Assembly: GCF_009914755.1 (NCBI RefSeq)
Contig: NC_060927.1
Source: the human T2T-CHM13v2.0 reference genome, Homo sapiens
Length of the DNA: 64,000 nucleotides
Strand: one strand, 5' to 3'
Below the pieces are notes generated by a model. That model saw only the letters and a list, made by a program, of their open reading frames with translations. It was not told the DNA's origin and made no database searches. Below, piece by piece: positions 24,387 through 38,271 of the stretch. A program made the translations under genes and the position numbers. Numbering within the stretch: the first letter of the stretch is position 1; the number at the start of each line of letters is the position of its first letter.

Positions 24387-27300
24387 GGATTTGGAGCCAA
24401 GATGGCTGACTAGAGGCAGCCAGGAAGAAAAATCTCCCACCAAGAGACCAGGCCATGGAGAAAATTGGCACATTCTAAGCACATCTTCAGACGGAGGGCA
24501 TTGAGAGTGGACAGAGGAAGGACAGAGACCCTGGGATGAAGGGGTTAGAAGTTGGGACCACGCATGGGGCTGCCGAGCACCAGGACTTGTCTCTGCCCGC
24601 CCCGTGGCTCCTAGGGAACTGATAAGTTGAACAGGCCAGGAGTGGCCTGCTCTCACCAGGGACCTCCAGAATCCTAGCTGCAAGAGACCCCACAAGCTCC
24701 ACGACACTTGGGTTTGCAAGGAGGGAAGTTTGGAGAGGCAGCAGGGGCAGGACTCTAGCTTGTGAGGAGCCCAGAATGTTTGGCATGGGAAGGGCTGCAG
24801 TGGAGCATGGCCAGGAATGCCTATTTGCCAAAGCTTGTCAAGCTCTTCTAGATGCCTTTGGCCTTTGGTAACTGCCAGACCTGGACAAAGAAGGGCAGTC
24901 TTGTCTGTGGGATTGGGGCATCTGGTCTGAGCATCTCCTTGTCTGCTGGCCTCTCCTGGGCTCCAGTCTTCTCACCCCCACTTGCATCTCAGCCTTGGTT
25001 GCCCAAGCAGGGTGCTTCCTGGGACCCATCATTATAGCTCCTTCGCTGGAAGACTACACCTAGCAGACCGTGCCTAACCATTGTAGACTTCCAGCAGACT
25101 ACTCCCCACTGATGTGCAACCATCAACTTGCAGCCTTCCTTGACTGAACCTCACCCCATCCCTTTGCCATCATGCACTTTTCCATGAGCCCAGGCCTTCC
25201 CCATGAATCACTTTGTGGGCACATGTGCATAAGCAGACCTCTCCTCCCCTCATCTCCTGTCATGTGCACATGCACCGTGTTGCCCCACTGCTGCTGGCAC
25301 AAGTATGCACACACGGACACTGTTGCCTCTTTTCTGACAATGCATGAAGGCCAGCATACTGCCCCCACTGGTTCCCTGGCCCTGCCAACATGTGGGCACA
25401 CCACTGCACCATCACTCTTATGTGTGTGCAGGTGTGGGTCCTGCTGCCATCATCCTGAAGAAGGGCTGTGGCTGGTACCCCACATTAGAGGGTTGTTGCC
25501 AGGGGACCAGAAATATTTTGTCCTCCACCCAGCGCTGTGGGTGTCTAACCTCAAGAGGCCAAAGAACAAATCCAGGAACCCAGTACCAGCCCCTCAGGGC
25601 TAGAACACACAGTTTAGGAGTGATAAGCCCTCTTGCACCGCTCCCCCCATGAAATCTTCCAAGATGAAGCCAGTTGATTGAATCCACCTTACACCACAAT
25701 TAAACCCTCAAGGGCATCAAAGATAAAAGCAAAAAACAAATCCAAAACCCATCCAAAAGACAGCAACTTCAAAGATTAAAGGACTGTCTGCCCACGCAGA
25801 TAAGACAGCACCAGTGAAAGAACTCTGGCAACTCAAAGAGCCACAGTGCCTTGTTACCTCCAAATAACCACACTTGTTAACCAGCAATGGTTATTAACAA
25901 GGTTGAAATGGCTAAAAAGACTGACATATAATTCAGAATCTACATAGGAATGAAGTCAGGAGAAAATTGAAACCCAATCCAAGGAGTCTAAGGAGTCCAG
26001 TAAAACAATATAAGAAATATGAAACAAAATAGGCATTTTAAGGAAGAACCAAACTGAACTGATAGAGCTGAACAACTCACTACAAGAATTTTGTAATACA
26101 GTTGCTAGTATTGACAGCAGAATAGACCAACCTGAGGAAAGAATTCCAGAGGTCGAAGACTGGTTCTTCGAATCAACTGAATCAGACAAAAATAAAGATA
26201 AAACAAGACAAAGAATGAACAAAGCCTCCAATAAATATAAAATTATGTAAAGAGACCAAATCTATGACTCATTGGCATCTCTGAAAAAGGGAGAGAGAAA
26301 GCAAGCAACTTGGAAAACATATTGGACGGTATTGTTCATGAAAGCTTCCACAACCCCCCTAGGGAGGCCAATATGCAAATTCAGAAAATGCAGAGAACCC
26401 CATTGAGATGCTATACAAGATGACCATCCCTAAGACACATAATCATTAGATTCTCCAAGCTCAATGTGAAAGAAAAAATATAAAAAGCAGCCAGAAATTA
26501 GGAGCAGGTCATGTACAAAGAGAACCATCAGGCTAATAGCAGGCCTTTCAGCAGAAACCTTACAAACCAGAAGAGATTGGGGAACTATATTCGGCATTTT
26601 TAAGAAAAGAATTTTCAACCAAGAATTTCATATCCAGCCAAACTAAATTTCATAAGCAAAGGAGAAATAAAATTCTTTACACACGATCAAATGTTAATGG
26701 AACTCCTTACCATCACACTGGTATTGTAAGAGGTCCTTAAAGGGTGTGCTAAACACGGAAACAAAAGATTATTACCTATCACCAAAAAAACACGCTTAGG
26801 TTCGAGGCCCACTGACACTATAAAGAAACTATACAATCAAGTCTACATAATAGTCAACAGACAATATAATGATAAGTTCAAATCCTCACAAATCAATATT
26901 AAACTTGAGTGTAAATGAGGTAACATCCCACTTAAAAGGCAAATTGGATAAAGAAGCAAGACCAACTGTAGGCTGTCTTCAAGAGACCCACCTCACATGA
27001 AACACCCACAAGCTTGAAGTAAAGGGATGGAGAAAAATCTACCAAGAAAATGTAAAACAAACAAACAAACAAACGGGTTGCTATTCTAATTTCAAACAAA
27101 AGAGACTTTAAACCAATAAACATAGAAAAAAGACAAAGGGCGTTTCATAATGGTAAAGGGTTCAATTCAACCAGGAGACTTAACTATTCTAAATATATAT
27201 GAACCCAACAATGAGGCACCCAGATTCATAAAACAAATTCTTAGAGATCTATGTGAGACTTAGATAACTACACAATAATAGTGGGAGACTTCAAAACTCC

Positions 27301-30300
27301 ACTGACAGTATTAGATACATCATTGAAGCAGAAAACCAACAAAGACATTCTCAGCACCTGAACTCAGCCCTTGACCAAATGGACCTTGCAGACATCTACA
27401 AAACTCTCCTCCCAACAACAGAATATACATTCTTCTCATCTGCACATGGCACATCATCTGAAATCGATCACATTATCAACCACAACAGAATTCTCAGCAA
27501 ATTCAAAAAAGTCAAAACTATACTAACCACACTCTTGGATCACAGTGCAATACAAACAGAAATCAATACTAAGAGGATGACTCAAAGCCATTCAATTATG
27601 TGGAATTTAAACAACATGCTTCTTTTTGACCTTTGGGTAAAGAATGAAATTTAAGGCAGAAATCAAGAAATTCTCTGAAATGAATGAAAACAAAGATAAA
27701 ACATGCCAGAATTGCTGAAACACAGCTAAAACAATGTTAAGGTGAAAGTTTATAGTACTAAAAAGTTAGAAAGATATCAGATTAATAATCTAATAATCTA
27801 ACATCTCATCTAGAGGAACTAGAAAAACAAAAGCAAACCAACACCAAAGCTAGCAGAAGACAAGAAATAACCACAGTCAGATTTGAACTGAAGGAAATTG
27901 AGGTGGGGAAAACAATAAAAGTATCCACAAAACAAGAGGTTTGGTTTTTGAAGAAATAAATGTGATTGATAGATAGCTAGACTAATAAAGAAAAAAGAGA
28001 GAAGGTCTCAATAAACACGATAAGAAATGACAAAGAAGACATTACCCCTAATTCCACAGAAATACAAGAAACCCTCAGAAACTATGATGAACGAGCACCT
28101 CTTCACACACAAACTAGAAAACCTACAGGAAATGGATAAATTCCTGGAAACATACAACCTCCCAAGATTGAACTAGGAAGAAACTGAAACCATGTACAGA
28201 ACAATAACAAGTTCTGAAATTGAATCAGTAATAAAAGGCCTACCAACCAATAAAAGCCCTGTACTAGAGATATTTGCAGCTGAATTTTACCAGATGTATA
28301 AAAAAGAGCTGGTACCATTCCTACTAAAACTATTCCAAAACACTGAGGAGGAGGTACTGCCCCCTAACTCATTCTATGAGGCCAGCATCCTAATACCAAA
28401 ACCTAGGAGAGATACAAAAACAAAAAAACAAAAAAACCAAGAACGTTTCAGGCCAACGTCCTTGATGAACATAGACACAAAAATCCTCACCAAAACAGTA
28501 ATGAACTGAATCCAGCAGCATGTCAATAAACTAATCCTTCAAGATCAAGGAGGCTTTATCCCTGAGATGTAAAGTTGGTTCAATATACACAAATCAATAA
28601 GTTTGATTCATCACATAAACAGAACTAAAAGTGAAAGCCATATGATCATCTCAATACAGGCAGAAAAGGCTTTTGATACAATTCAACATCTCTTCTTGTT
28701 AAAAGCCCTCAATAAACTAGATATTAAAGGAAATACCTCAAAATAATAAAAGCGATCTATGGCAAACCCACAGCCAACATCATACTGAGGGGCAAAAGCT
28801 GGAAACATTTCCATTGAGAACTGGACAAGGATGCCCACTCTCACCACTCCTATTCAACATAGCACTGGAAGTCCTAGCCAGAGCGATCAGGCAAGAGAAA
28901 GAAAGAAAAGGCATCTAAATAAGAAGAGAGGAAATCATACAATCTCTGTTTGTAGATGATATGATTCTATACCTAGAAAAACCCATAGTCTCTACGCCAA
29001 AACCCCTATGTCAGATTAACAACTTCAGAAAAGTTTCAGAATACAATATCAATGTACAAACATCAGTAGCATTTCTATACAATAAGAATGTCCAAGCTGA
29101 CAGCTATGTTAAGAATGCAATTCCATTCACAGTAGCCACAAAAAATAAAAGCCCTAGAAATTCAGCTAATCAGGGAGGTGCGCAATCTCTAAAACAAGAA
29201 TTACAAAATACTATTGAAATAAATAGGAGATGACACAAAAATGGAAAAATATTTCATGCTCATGGAAAGAAAGAATCAGTATTGTCAAAATGGCAATACT
29301 TCCCAATGGAATTTACAGATTCAACACCGTCACTATCAAACTATCAAAGACAGTTTTCACAGAGTTAGAAAAAATTAGTCTAAAATTCATATGGAACCAA
29401 AAAAAGGCCTAAATAGCCAAAGCAACCCTAAGCAAAATCAACAAAGCTGGAAGCTTCGTGTTACTTCACAGTAATCCAAACAGCAGGCTACCAGTACAAA
29501 AAAGACAGATGGACTAATAGAACAGGTTAGAGAATCCAGAAATAAAGCCACACACATACAATCTTCTGATCTTCAACAAAGTTGACAAAAATAAGCAATG
29601 GAGAAAGATTCCCTATTCAATAAATGGTGCTGGGATAACTGGCTAGCCATATGCAGAAGATTAAAACTGGACCCCTTTCTTACATCACATACAAAAAACA
29701 ATTCAAGGTGAATGAAAGACTTAAGTTTAAGACATAAAACTATAAAACCGCCAAAGAAATCTAGGAAATACCACTTTGGGCATAAGCCCTGGCAAAGATT
29801 TTATGACAAAGATGTCAAAAGCGATTGCAATATAAACAAAAAATTGACAAATGGAACCTAATTAAACTAGAGTTTCTACACAGCAAATGAAACTGTCAAC
29901 AAAATAACAACCTACAGAATGGGAGAAAATTTTTGCAAGGTATGTATTCAACAACGGTCTAATATCAAGAATCTGTAAGAAACTTAAACAAGTCAGTAAG
30001 CAAAAAACAAACAACCTCATTAAAAAGTGGGCAAAGTACATGAAAGAACACTTTTCAAAAGAAGACATACATGCAGCCAGCAAGCATAATAATAAAAAAA
30101 GCTCCACATGACTAGTAATTAGAGAAATGCAAATCAAAACCACAATGAGATACTATCTTATGTAAGTCAGAATTTCCATTATTAGAAAGCAAAAAATCAA
30201 CAGATGTTGGCAAGGCTATGGAGAAAAGGAAACACTTATACACTGCTGGGGAATGTAAATTAGTTCAGCCACTGTGGAAAGCAGTTAAGTAATTTCTCAA

Positions 30301-30869
30301 AGAACTTAAAACAGAACTGCCATTTGACCCAGCAATCCCATTTTTGGATGTACATACAGAGGAATATAAATCATTCTACTAGAAAGATACATGCAGTCAT
30401 ATGTTCATTGCAGCACTATTCACAATAGCAAAGATATGGAATCAACCTAAATTCTCACCAATGGTAGACAGGATAAAGAAAATGTGGTACATATACAACA
30501 TGGAATACTACGTAGCTATAACAAAGAATGAGATCACGTGTTTTTTTTTTGTAACAACATGGGTGGATCTGGAGGCCATTATCCTAAGCAAACTTCCTGA
30601 AGAATAGAAAATGAGTTTTCTCATTTATAAGTGGGAGCTAAACACTGAGTACCCATGGACACAAAGAAGGGGAAAATAGATTCTGGGAATTACTTGAAGG
30701 TGGAGGGTGGGAGGAGGATAAGGATCAAAAAGCTACCTATCAGGTTACTATGCTTATTGAACCTGGGCAACAAAATAATCTGTACCAAACCCCTGTGACA
30801 CCCAGTTTACCTGTATAACAAACCTGCACATGTACTCTTGAAGCTAAAATAAAAGTCTAAAAAAAAAAA
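24387..30869 (+). mobile_element. Full-length, inactivated LINE-1 (L1PA16-like)
   Basis: 5' end ggagccaagatggctgactagaggcagcc; about 1.3-kb GC-richer 5'UTR; ORF1 and ORF2 relics; L1PA16-type 3'UTR (ggatcaaaaagctacctatcagg...aaacccctgtgacac...ctaaaataaaagt) plus A-tail; degenerate TSD aaagttcttcctc (24372) / aaagtttgttctc (30873). Confidence 0.93.
26869..30641 (+). pseudogene. Disrupted L1 ORF2 (endonuclease/reverse transcriptase) of the L1PA16-like element
   Basis: ORF-track fragments [85 protein letters not shown], separated by many stops and frameshifts. Confidence 0.9.
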
Positions 30870-31158
30870 GACAAAGTTTGTTCTCGATTCTATGTATTTT
30901 CACTTTTGAGAAAAGTAGATCAAATCAAACTAGCTTAAGAAAGATTTTGTTTAAGATTCTGTGGTAGCTAACAATGTCAAAGGCAAAGCTGACCACTCAG
31001 TTTATGTGTGTATGTGCTTCTTGGCACCTGCAGCGTGGAATTTTTTTTTCAAGCAATTAACTTTTTCTGTATTTCATCTTTTAAAGCATTTCCCCATATT
31101 ATTTGAAGATACAGATAACTATATAGATTTACTGTAATCAATTATAATTAAAAATATT

Positions 31159-31477
31159 ATGAGTTCATGTCCTTATCAGGGACATGGATGAAGCTGGAAA
31201 CCATCATTCTCAGCAAACTATCGCAAGGACAGAAAACCAAACACCACATGTTCTCACTCATATGTGGCAACTGATCAATGAGGACACAGGGCAGGGAACA
31301 TCACACACTCAGGCCTGTCAGCGGGAGGAAACCTGGGGGAGGGATAGCATTAGGAGAAATACCTAATGTAAATGATGAGTTGATGGGTGTAGCAAACCAA
31401 CATGGCACACGTATATATCTATGTAACAAACCTGCACGTTGTACACATGTACCCTAGAACTTAAAGTATAAAAAAAA
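31159..31477 (+). mobile_element. 5'-truncated L1PA (PA6/7-like) 3' end
   Basis: gggacatggatgaagctggaaaccatcattctcagcaaactatcgcaagg...ggagaaatacctaatgtaaatgatgagttgatggg...accctagaacttaaagtata plus A-tail; short TSD aaaatat. Confidence 0.92.
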
Positions 31478-31554
31478 TATAATTCAGGTGTTAAATTTCT
31501 TGGGAAAGGCCTTAACATTTTCATATAAGAGTTTCATTCATAATTCATATTATA

Positions 31555-31785
31555 GTAGGCATAGTGGTTAGGAGCTGGATTCTAGAACTAGATACCAGTG
31601 TTTGAATCCTGATTTTGCCATATACTAGATTTGGGACTGCAGAAAATTAAATTCTCTGAGCCAAAGTTTTCCAACTTAAAATCAGAATACTAAGAATACC
31701 TATCTTGTAGAGTTGGTGTGAGCATTAATTGAGTTAATATATGCAGTGTACACAGAAGAGAGATTAATGTTATTATTGTTATTAC
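31555..31785 (+). mobile_element. MIR
   Basis: gcatagtggttaggagctggattctagaac...tttgaatcctg...tctctgagcc...tacctatcttgtagagttggtgtgagcattaattgagttaatatatg. Confidence 0.75.
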
Positions 31786-32681
31786 TACAGAAACACAATT
31801 TTAAACATAATTTTGTCTTGAGAATGTAAAATATTTTAAATATCAAGAAAATTGATTTAATACTATTTAATATAAAGGTTAGTACTTTTTGTAATTTTTT
31901 GAAAATATTTAATCTTTCAAATATAGCTCTTTGTGTTCTAACTGCACAGATGTTAGAGCTTTTAAGCCATACCTCATATTTCTATTATGTTCTTTTTGCA
32001 TATTCTATCTTTTTCTCTTTATACATTAATGGAGATATTTTCAACTATTCTGTAAGTTTGCTAATCTTTGTTTCAGCTATGGCTAATATGTGTTAATTTA
32101 GTTTTATAATTTTCATTTGATTCTTTTATATAGATTCTAAAATTCTGCTGCTTTGCCCAACTTATATTTAATTTTCCTAGCTATATTAATAACAGATATT
32201 TTAAATTCCATATTTGATAATTTTAATATAAGATTCATTTGTGGGCATTTATCTATTATCTATTTTTTCTTTACTTTTTAGTATTCTGTTCTTATTGTCT
32301 GGTGTGATAGGTAATTTTTGATTGAATGCTGAACATTGGTAAAATAAATTTGGGTGATACTTGATTTTCTGAATACAATTCTCTTCCTCAGGGAGGCCTT
32401 CCTGTTGCTTCTGGCAGACTATTACAGAAGATTCAGATAATCTTAATTCAGTTGTAAAGACATGACTACATGTGATTAGCTCTTCTTTCTGCAATATAGT
32501 AATTTACAAATCCCAACAGGAAGCTTGACATGTTTATCAAGTGATCCTCTTTGGTAGTTCCTGAGCTTCAATGTTATGCACTCTCCCATAAGATTACTCC
32601 AAGTCTGCTGGCCTTCTCAGACACTGCTTTCTGCATCTCTGTGCTTGGATCTAGACCACAATTTCTTATAAACGAGAAAAT

Positions 32682-33514
32682 GCTATAGCTAAAATGGGCC
32701 AATGTACACCTCAGGCTGTTGCTTCAGAGGCTGCAAGCCCCAAACATTGGCAGCTTCCACATGTGTTTGACTTATGGGTACACAGAAGTCAAGAATTGAG
32801 GTTTGGGGACCTCCACCTAGATTTCAGAGGATGTATGGAATGGCTGGATGTCCAGGCAGAAGTCTGCTGCAGGGGCAGAGCCCTCATGGAGAACCTCTAG
32901 TTTAGTACAGGGGAGAAATGTGGGGTTGGAGACCCCACACAGAATCCCACTGGGGCACTGCCTAGTGGAGCTGTGAGAAGAAGGCCACTGTCCTCCAGAT
33001 GCCAGAATGGTAGACACACTGACAGATTGCACTGTGCACCTGGAAAAGCCACAGACACTCAACACTGGCCAGTGAAGGCAACCAGGAGGGGAGCTGTACC
33101 TTACAAAGCCACAGGAGTGGAGCTGCCCAAGGCTGTGGGAGCCCATCTCTTGTGTCAGTATGCCCTGGATGTGAGACATGAAGTCAAAGGAGATCATTTT
33201 GGAACTTTAAGGTTTGACTGTCCTATTGGATTTTGGACTTGCACGGAGCCTGTAGCCCCTTTGCTTTGGCCTCCCATTTGAAACTGGTATATTCACCCAA
33301 TGCCTGTACTCCCATTGTATCTAAGAAGTAAGTATCTTGCTTTTGATTTTACAGGCTCATAGGTGGAAGGGACTTGTCTTATCTCAGATGAGACTTTGGA
33401 CTTGGACTTTTGAGTTAATTCTGGGATGAGTTAAGACTTTGGGGGACTGTTGGAAGGGCATGATTGTGTTTTAATATGTGAGGACATGAGATTTGGGAGG
33501 GGCCAGGGGAAGAA
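32682..33514 (+). mobile_element. THE1 (MaLR) internal region, 3' half only
   Basis: gttgcttcagaggctgcaagccccaa...gcttccac...ggggcagagccctcatggagaacctct...agatgagactttggac; polypurine tract ggaggggccaggggaagaa just before the LTR. Confidence 0.9.
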
Positions 33515-33875
33515 TAATATGGTTTGGCCATGTCCCTACCCAAATCTCATCTTGGATTCTAGCTCCCATAATCCCCATGTGCGGTGGAAAGGACCCAGTG
33601 GGAGGTAACAGAATCATGGGGGTGGGTTTTTCCCATGTTATTCTCATGAGAGTCAATAAGTCTCATGATATCTGATGGTTTTATATAGGGCGGTTCCCCT
33701 GCACACATGCTCTTGCCTGCCACCCAGTAAGATGTGGTTTTGTTCCTCCTTCGCCTTCCGCCATGATTGTGAGGCCTCCCTAGCCATATGGAACTGTGAG
33801 TCCATTAAACTTTTTCTTTATAAATTACCCAGTCTTGGGTATTTCTTCCCGGAAGTATGAAAATGGGCTAGTAAA
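33515..33875 (+). mobile_element. THE1C/D-like 3' LTR
   Basis: atatggtttggccatgtccctacccaaatctcatcttg...ccttccgccatgattgtgaggcctccc...gaactgtgagtccattaaac...taaattacccagtcttgggtatttc. Confidence 0.92.
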
Positions 33876-36800
33876 GGGGAAAAAAGTGCTAAATACCAGG
33901 CTAGTTTCTATGCTTCTTTTTTGGGGGGATTTTGGTCTTTAAATTCTTCTGCTATGGAAGCTCTTCAACACCTTCAAACACAAATTTAAAAACATTGTAT
34001 TTAGCTTCTCTGAATGTTCTCAGTGGGATGGTTCATATAAAAATACCAGTCAGCATACTTACGTGTGGAGAAGTTAGTACCTTCATTCTAGAAGAATGCA
34101 TTGTCACACTGTCAAAGTCCTCTATCTTTCACTTGCAAAAGCTGAGTTTATTTTACTTCAAACATTTTTCTCTTATACACACACATAGGTTTTCACCTGT
34201 TTTATTTTTTCTAGCCCTTAATGCTAGCTCCCAAATTTTGGTTACTTTTTCAGGAAAATCATCTCCAGTTACTATTTTATATGGGAGTTATAATGTCCCC
34301 AGCTCAAATTAAGAGTAACTATAGTGCTAGTTTTACAAATACACTAATAAAAAGGAAAGCTGTAAGTCTTGATATGTAATACGATATCAAAATGAACCAC
34401 TATTCCTACCAAATAAAGCCTCTTTAAAATTCTATAATGTACTCAATATGGATCTCCACAAAACAAATGCCTTGCTTATCTTCCCTTTCCCAATTTAAAC
34501 TGCAGAAATACAGTTTTAAAAATAAAACATTTTGATGTTTATTTGAAATCAAAATTGAGCAATAATGATAAAATTAGAGGAATAACTATTTATTGAATAA
34601 AATTTTGTTTGAATAAAATACTGCTTTCTATATGGGATCCAAATATTTTTACACCTCTCTATTCTTCCCTGCTCCTGATTATTTAGCTATATACTTTTGC
34701 CACAATTAGCAGGATCTAATATATACTTTTTGAAGCTTTTCTGTTTTCAATTGTCTAAATAAAAAAGGTGCTTAGCCAAAAAAGTCAGTGCTGCTTTCAA
34801 ATGCCAAGTGGTCCTTTGCTTTTAACATAATTGAAACTTAAGCTTCATAGATAAACACAACCTTGTGCATGCTGTGATGAAAAAATTTGCTGGTTCAAAT
34901 CTCTTTTACTAAGATATTGTTTTTAAAAATTGACCACTTTATCAGGGGGATAAAATCAACCTTGCTCTATCTTAGCTGGCGCTGAACCTGGATCACTGGT
35001 CCTGACTTACCCTTTACTTCTGTTGTGTTTCATTTGTCTCTTTCTGCATTTCTTTTTCCTGCAGCAGTTCTCCTTGAGACCCTCTCAATACATTGACACC
35101 TCTATTAAATTGGAAGTTAGGGTTAGAAATGTAATCCCTTTTTTCATTAAAGGCTCCTTGACACCTATATAAATTTACCCATTTTTCCCTCACAAACTTA
35201 ATCTGAATCAAGATTTTGCAAGATGCAGACTTTGCCAGGCCACACAAGCTCTTGTTTTAACTTCCTCTGGGGAAATAGCAGCTTGAATAATTGACTGATT
35301 CATATAGAGGCTAATTATGTGTTTAAGAATCAAAAAGATCTCCTCTAAGGTGATCTTGTGTTCATCTTCTGTGTAACTAATTAGCAATTTTTCTGGATCA
35401 AAAAGTATTTTTCAATTGTTACCTGACCTAAAACATTTTAAGATATTTTATTGTAGAAGGAGAGATGGCATGTAGACAGATAACGATAAGCCAGAGTGGG
35501 AAAAGTACCCTAAAAGTCATAAAACAGAAATGCTTTAGAAATTTAGAGGATAAAATGGTTACTCTTTACAAATCCCCCCACCTCCAAAAAATAGCAAAAG
35601 GGAATACTTGACTTGGCAATTAGGCTTTTGTGACCCACCTTGGAATGCGATCCTTGTGTCTGTAGAAGAAACATATTAATGAATCCAAATCATTGATGCA
35701 CAAACAGGTTTAGATCCCAATTCCTCCTAAATAGGGGGCTGCTTATCTTTCTGCTACTTTTTTGCCCCTTCGATATTTTGGGTGGAAAAGTATTTAAAGT
35801 AAATTTAATAAATGTGAGAGAATTTGGCACTTTGAAGAGGACAAAAAGAATTTTAATGTGAGTTGCTTGATTTTGTGTACAATTATAAAATTAAAGGTTT
35901 TACCTAATTTACACAGAAGCATTCAGGAATTCACCTGTGGGGGAAGGTGTGGTATACCTGCTTTCTGCTACAGATAAGAGTTAGATGCATTACAACACAT
36001 GCATTCCTGCTATGGTTCTTTCTCCCTTTTCTTTCAAGTATTAATGAAAGTAGTTTCTGATCCAGAATGGCTATTTGTCATGGACTACATTTATTTCTGT
36101 GTCTTAGTTCTTATTATGGAGAACATCATTGGAAAGACATCATATTTTCATAGATGACTAATCTATGATTAAGACAGATCACTCATTGCTTCATAAGTAA
36201 CATCTGGCATCAAAGATAAGTCCATTGACTTGAAATCTCATAAAGTGTAACATCATTAGATTGAAGAAAAGACTGTCATTATTTCTAGTTATAATGAAAG
36301 ATTTCTAGGAGGAAGTCACATAAAGGTACTTTATAATTTTCCCCAAAGATCTATAAAGTGTCAAACATATTTTTTGGAGTTATCCTAGAAGTTTGCTTCC
36401 CCAGGACAGCAGGTCCTTGAAGAGTGAGGAAGTAATGCTGAGGTACAGAATATGCTTTGCAGAGTGGCCTCCAATTTGCTAACAGTTGTTTTGCTGATCT
36501 ATAACCACAGATACTAAAAGAAGAGAGAAAATTGATTTCTAATGAAAAATACATTTCTGTAGCCAATATGGTTCATAAACATTATTGCTTTCCCTCCAGA
36601 TAATAAATTTTAGTGAAAAATTTCTGCACAGAATTACATCATTGATAGGTTTGAATTGATGAGAAAGCTTTACGTTTTCTGGGAATAAATCAAGAATTCT
36701 TTTATTTGTTTCCCAATCTATAATGATGTCAAGTTAATGCTGGGAACTCTCCTGAGTTTGTATTGGGTAATTGTTTCTTTAACAAACAAAATAACAAAAA

Positions 36801-37961
36801 TCACAGTTAGTATTAATATGTTCCTAAATTATTATAAAATAATAATAAAGACTCAGAGAATAATAAAACAAGGAAGAATTTGTTTAAAGAAAGTCCTATC
36901 TGGAGCTTTATTTCAGAAATTAAATATTTTCAATAATTTCATTACTCTAATTCTGATTGCTTGATTGTTTTTGAAAAGTTTTGCTCATCTATCTTTCATA
37001 GGGTGCAATGAAAAAATTCTATTTATACTGTTCTTTGAAAATAATGTAATTTTAAAATAATTAAAATAATATGTACTTAAGGTGAAAAGGAGTATGAGTT
37101 GATGGGTATTATACACTTTTCATTTATAGTATATATAAAATAATGTATCTATAAATTGAAAAATCTATAGATGCTATACCATATTAAAACATACATACAT
37201 ACAGTTTTTGAAAGCATTCTCTATTTTTAATTTGCATATTTTTAACTGATAACTTTTCCTCCTCTAAGAAACGGGTGGGATAGAATCAGAAAGCAGAAGG
37301 GGGCTGAATTTATGGTACATACAAAGTTGTTTCTGTAAACACTACCTTGAATTCTGATTAAATTATCATTAATTTTTTTTAATATTTTAAACAAATAATT
37401 AATTTCAGAAAAGCTATCCCCATTAATATATATTTTCCTTTGCCAAACATTAATCTTCCTTTAAATCTTGGTTACCCTGTTTGTAAAAGAAAACCAAAAG
37501 CAAAATTCCAAAAAAAATAAAAAAAACCCCAAAAAACCACAAACACAAAAACTGCCAAATAAACCCTATAGTGTTCAAATGATCATAAATGACAGTCTTA
37601 AGAAAGACTAAAAATGTATTTACTAAATAGATTCTCTTGAAGCTTTGTACGTTAATGTGTATGTGTGTGTGAATTTAAAATACAAAAGCATTTATGGAAT
37701 ATATGGTTTGCTTTTTAAAAACTTCATGATAATCTTTGAAGAAAAGGGAATTAACATTTTAAAAATACTAATTGCCTGGTACTCTGCCAGTTGCTCTACA
37801 TTTATATTTTTAAATCTTTTTCATAATTCTATAATACATTTTTACTCATTAGGCCATTGAAGCTCAGAAAAGGTAAGTAAAGCATTCAGGGTTACACAGC
37901 TATTGCATGCCGGAAATATGTTTCAAATATATAAATACCTAACTTAAAAAGACCATGTTCT

Positions 37962-38055
37962 CCGGGAGGCGGAGCTTGCAGTGAGTCGAGATCGCGCCAC
38001 TGCACTCCAGCATGGGCGACAGAGCGAAACTCCGTCTCAAAAAAAAAAAAAAAAA
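37962..38055 (+). mobile_element. Young AluY, severely 5'-truncated (about 77 nt of body plus pure A-tail)
   Basis: ccgggaggcggagcttgcagtgagtcgagatcgcgccactgcactccagcatgggcgacagagcgaaactccgtctc(A)n; perfect 16-bp TSD aaaaagaccatgttct at 37946-37961 and 38056-38071. Confidence 0.96.
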
Positions 38056-38271
38056 AAAAAGACCATGTTCTTTCCATTACATCTCTCCAGGGACATCATT
38101 GTTTGTTCAATTATCACAGTCTTAGAGAAGTCTACTTGTGGAAATATTGATCAGCTGTCAGCAACAGTTAGACCTAAACTTAGCTTTTAGTTAAGTAGAT
38201 TTTCTACATAAGGCAAAACTGTCTGGACTGAAAACATTTCTGTTAAATGGGAGAAGCAAGGCCCATTTAAA

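Larger units (their letters stand above)
31900..34072 (-). mobile_element. Ancient L1 (L1ME/HAL1-like) 5' region, interrupted by THE1
   Basis: ggtaatttttgattgaatgctgaacattgg; gctcttcaacaccttcaaacac...gttctcagtgggatggtt are motifs typical of old L1 5' ends read antisense. Confidence 0.45.

Noticed and set aside
24384-25699. Cluster of 60-143 aa overlapping ORFs
   Set aside because: Within the GC-richer L1 5'UTR where stops are rare; no recognisable domain and no similarity to L1 ORF0 that I can support
32694-33860. ORFs of 60-126 aa
   Set aside because: Fragments of THE1 internal and LTR sequence; not a host gene
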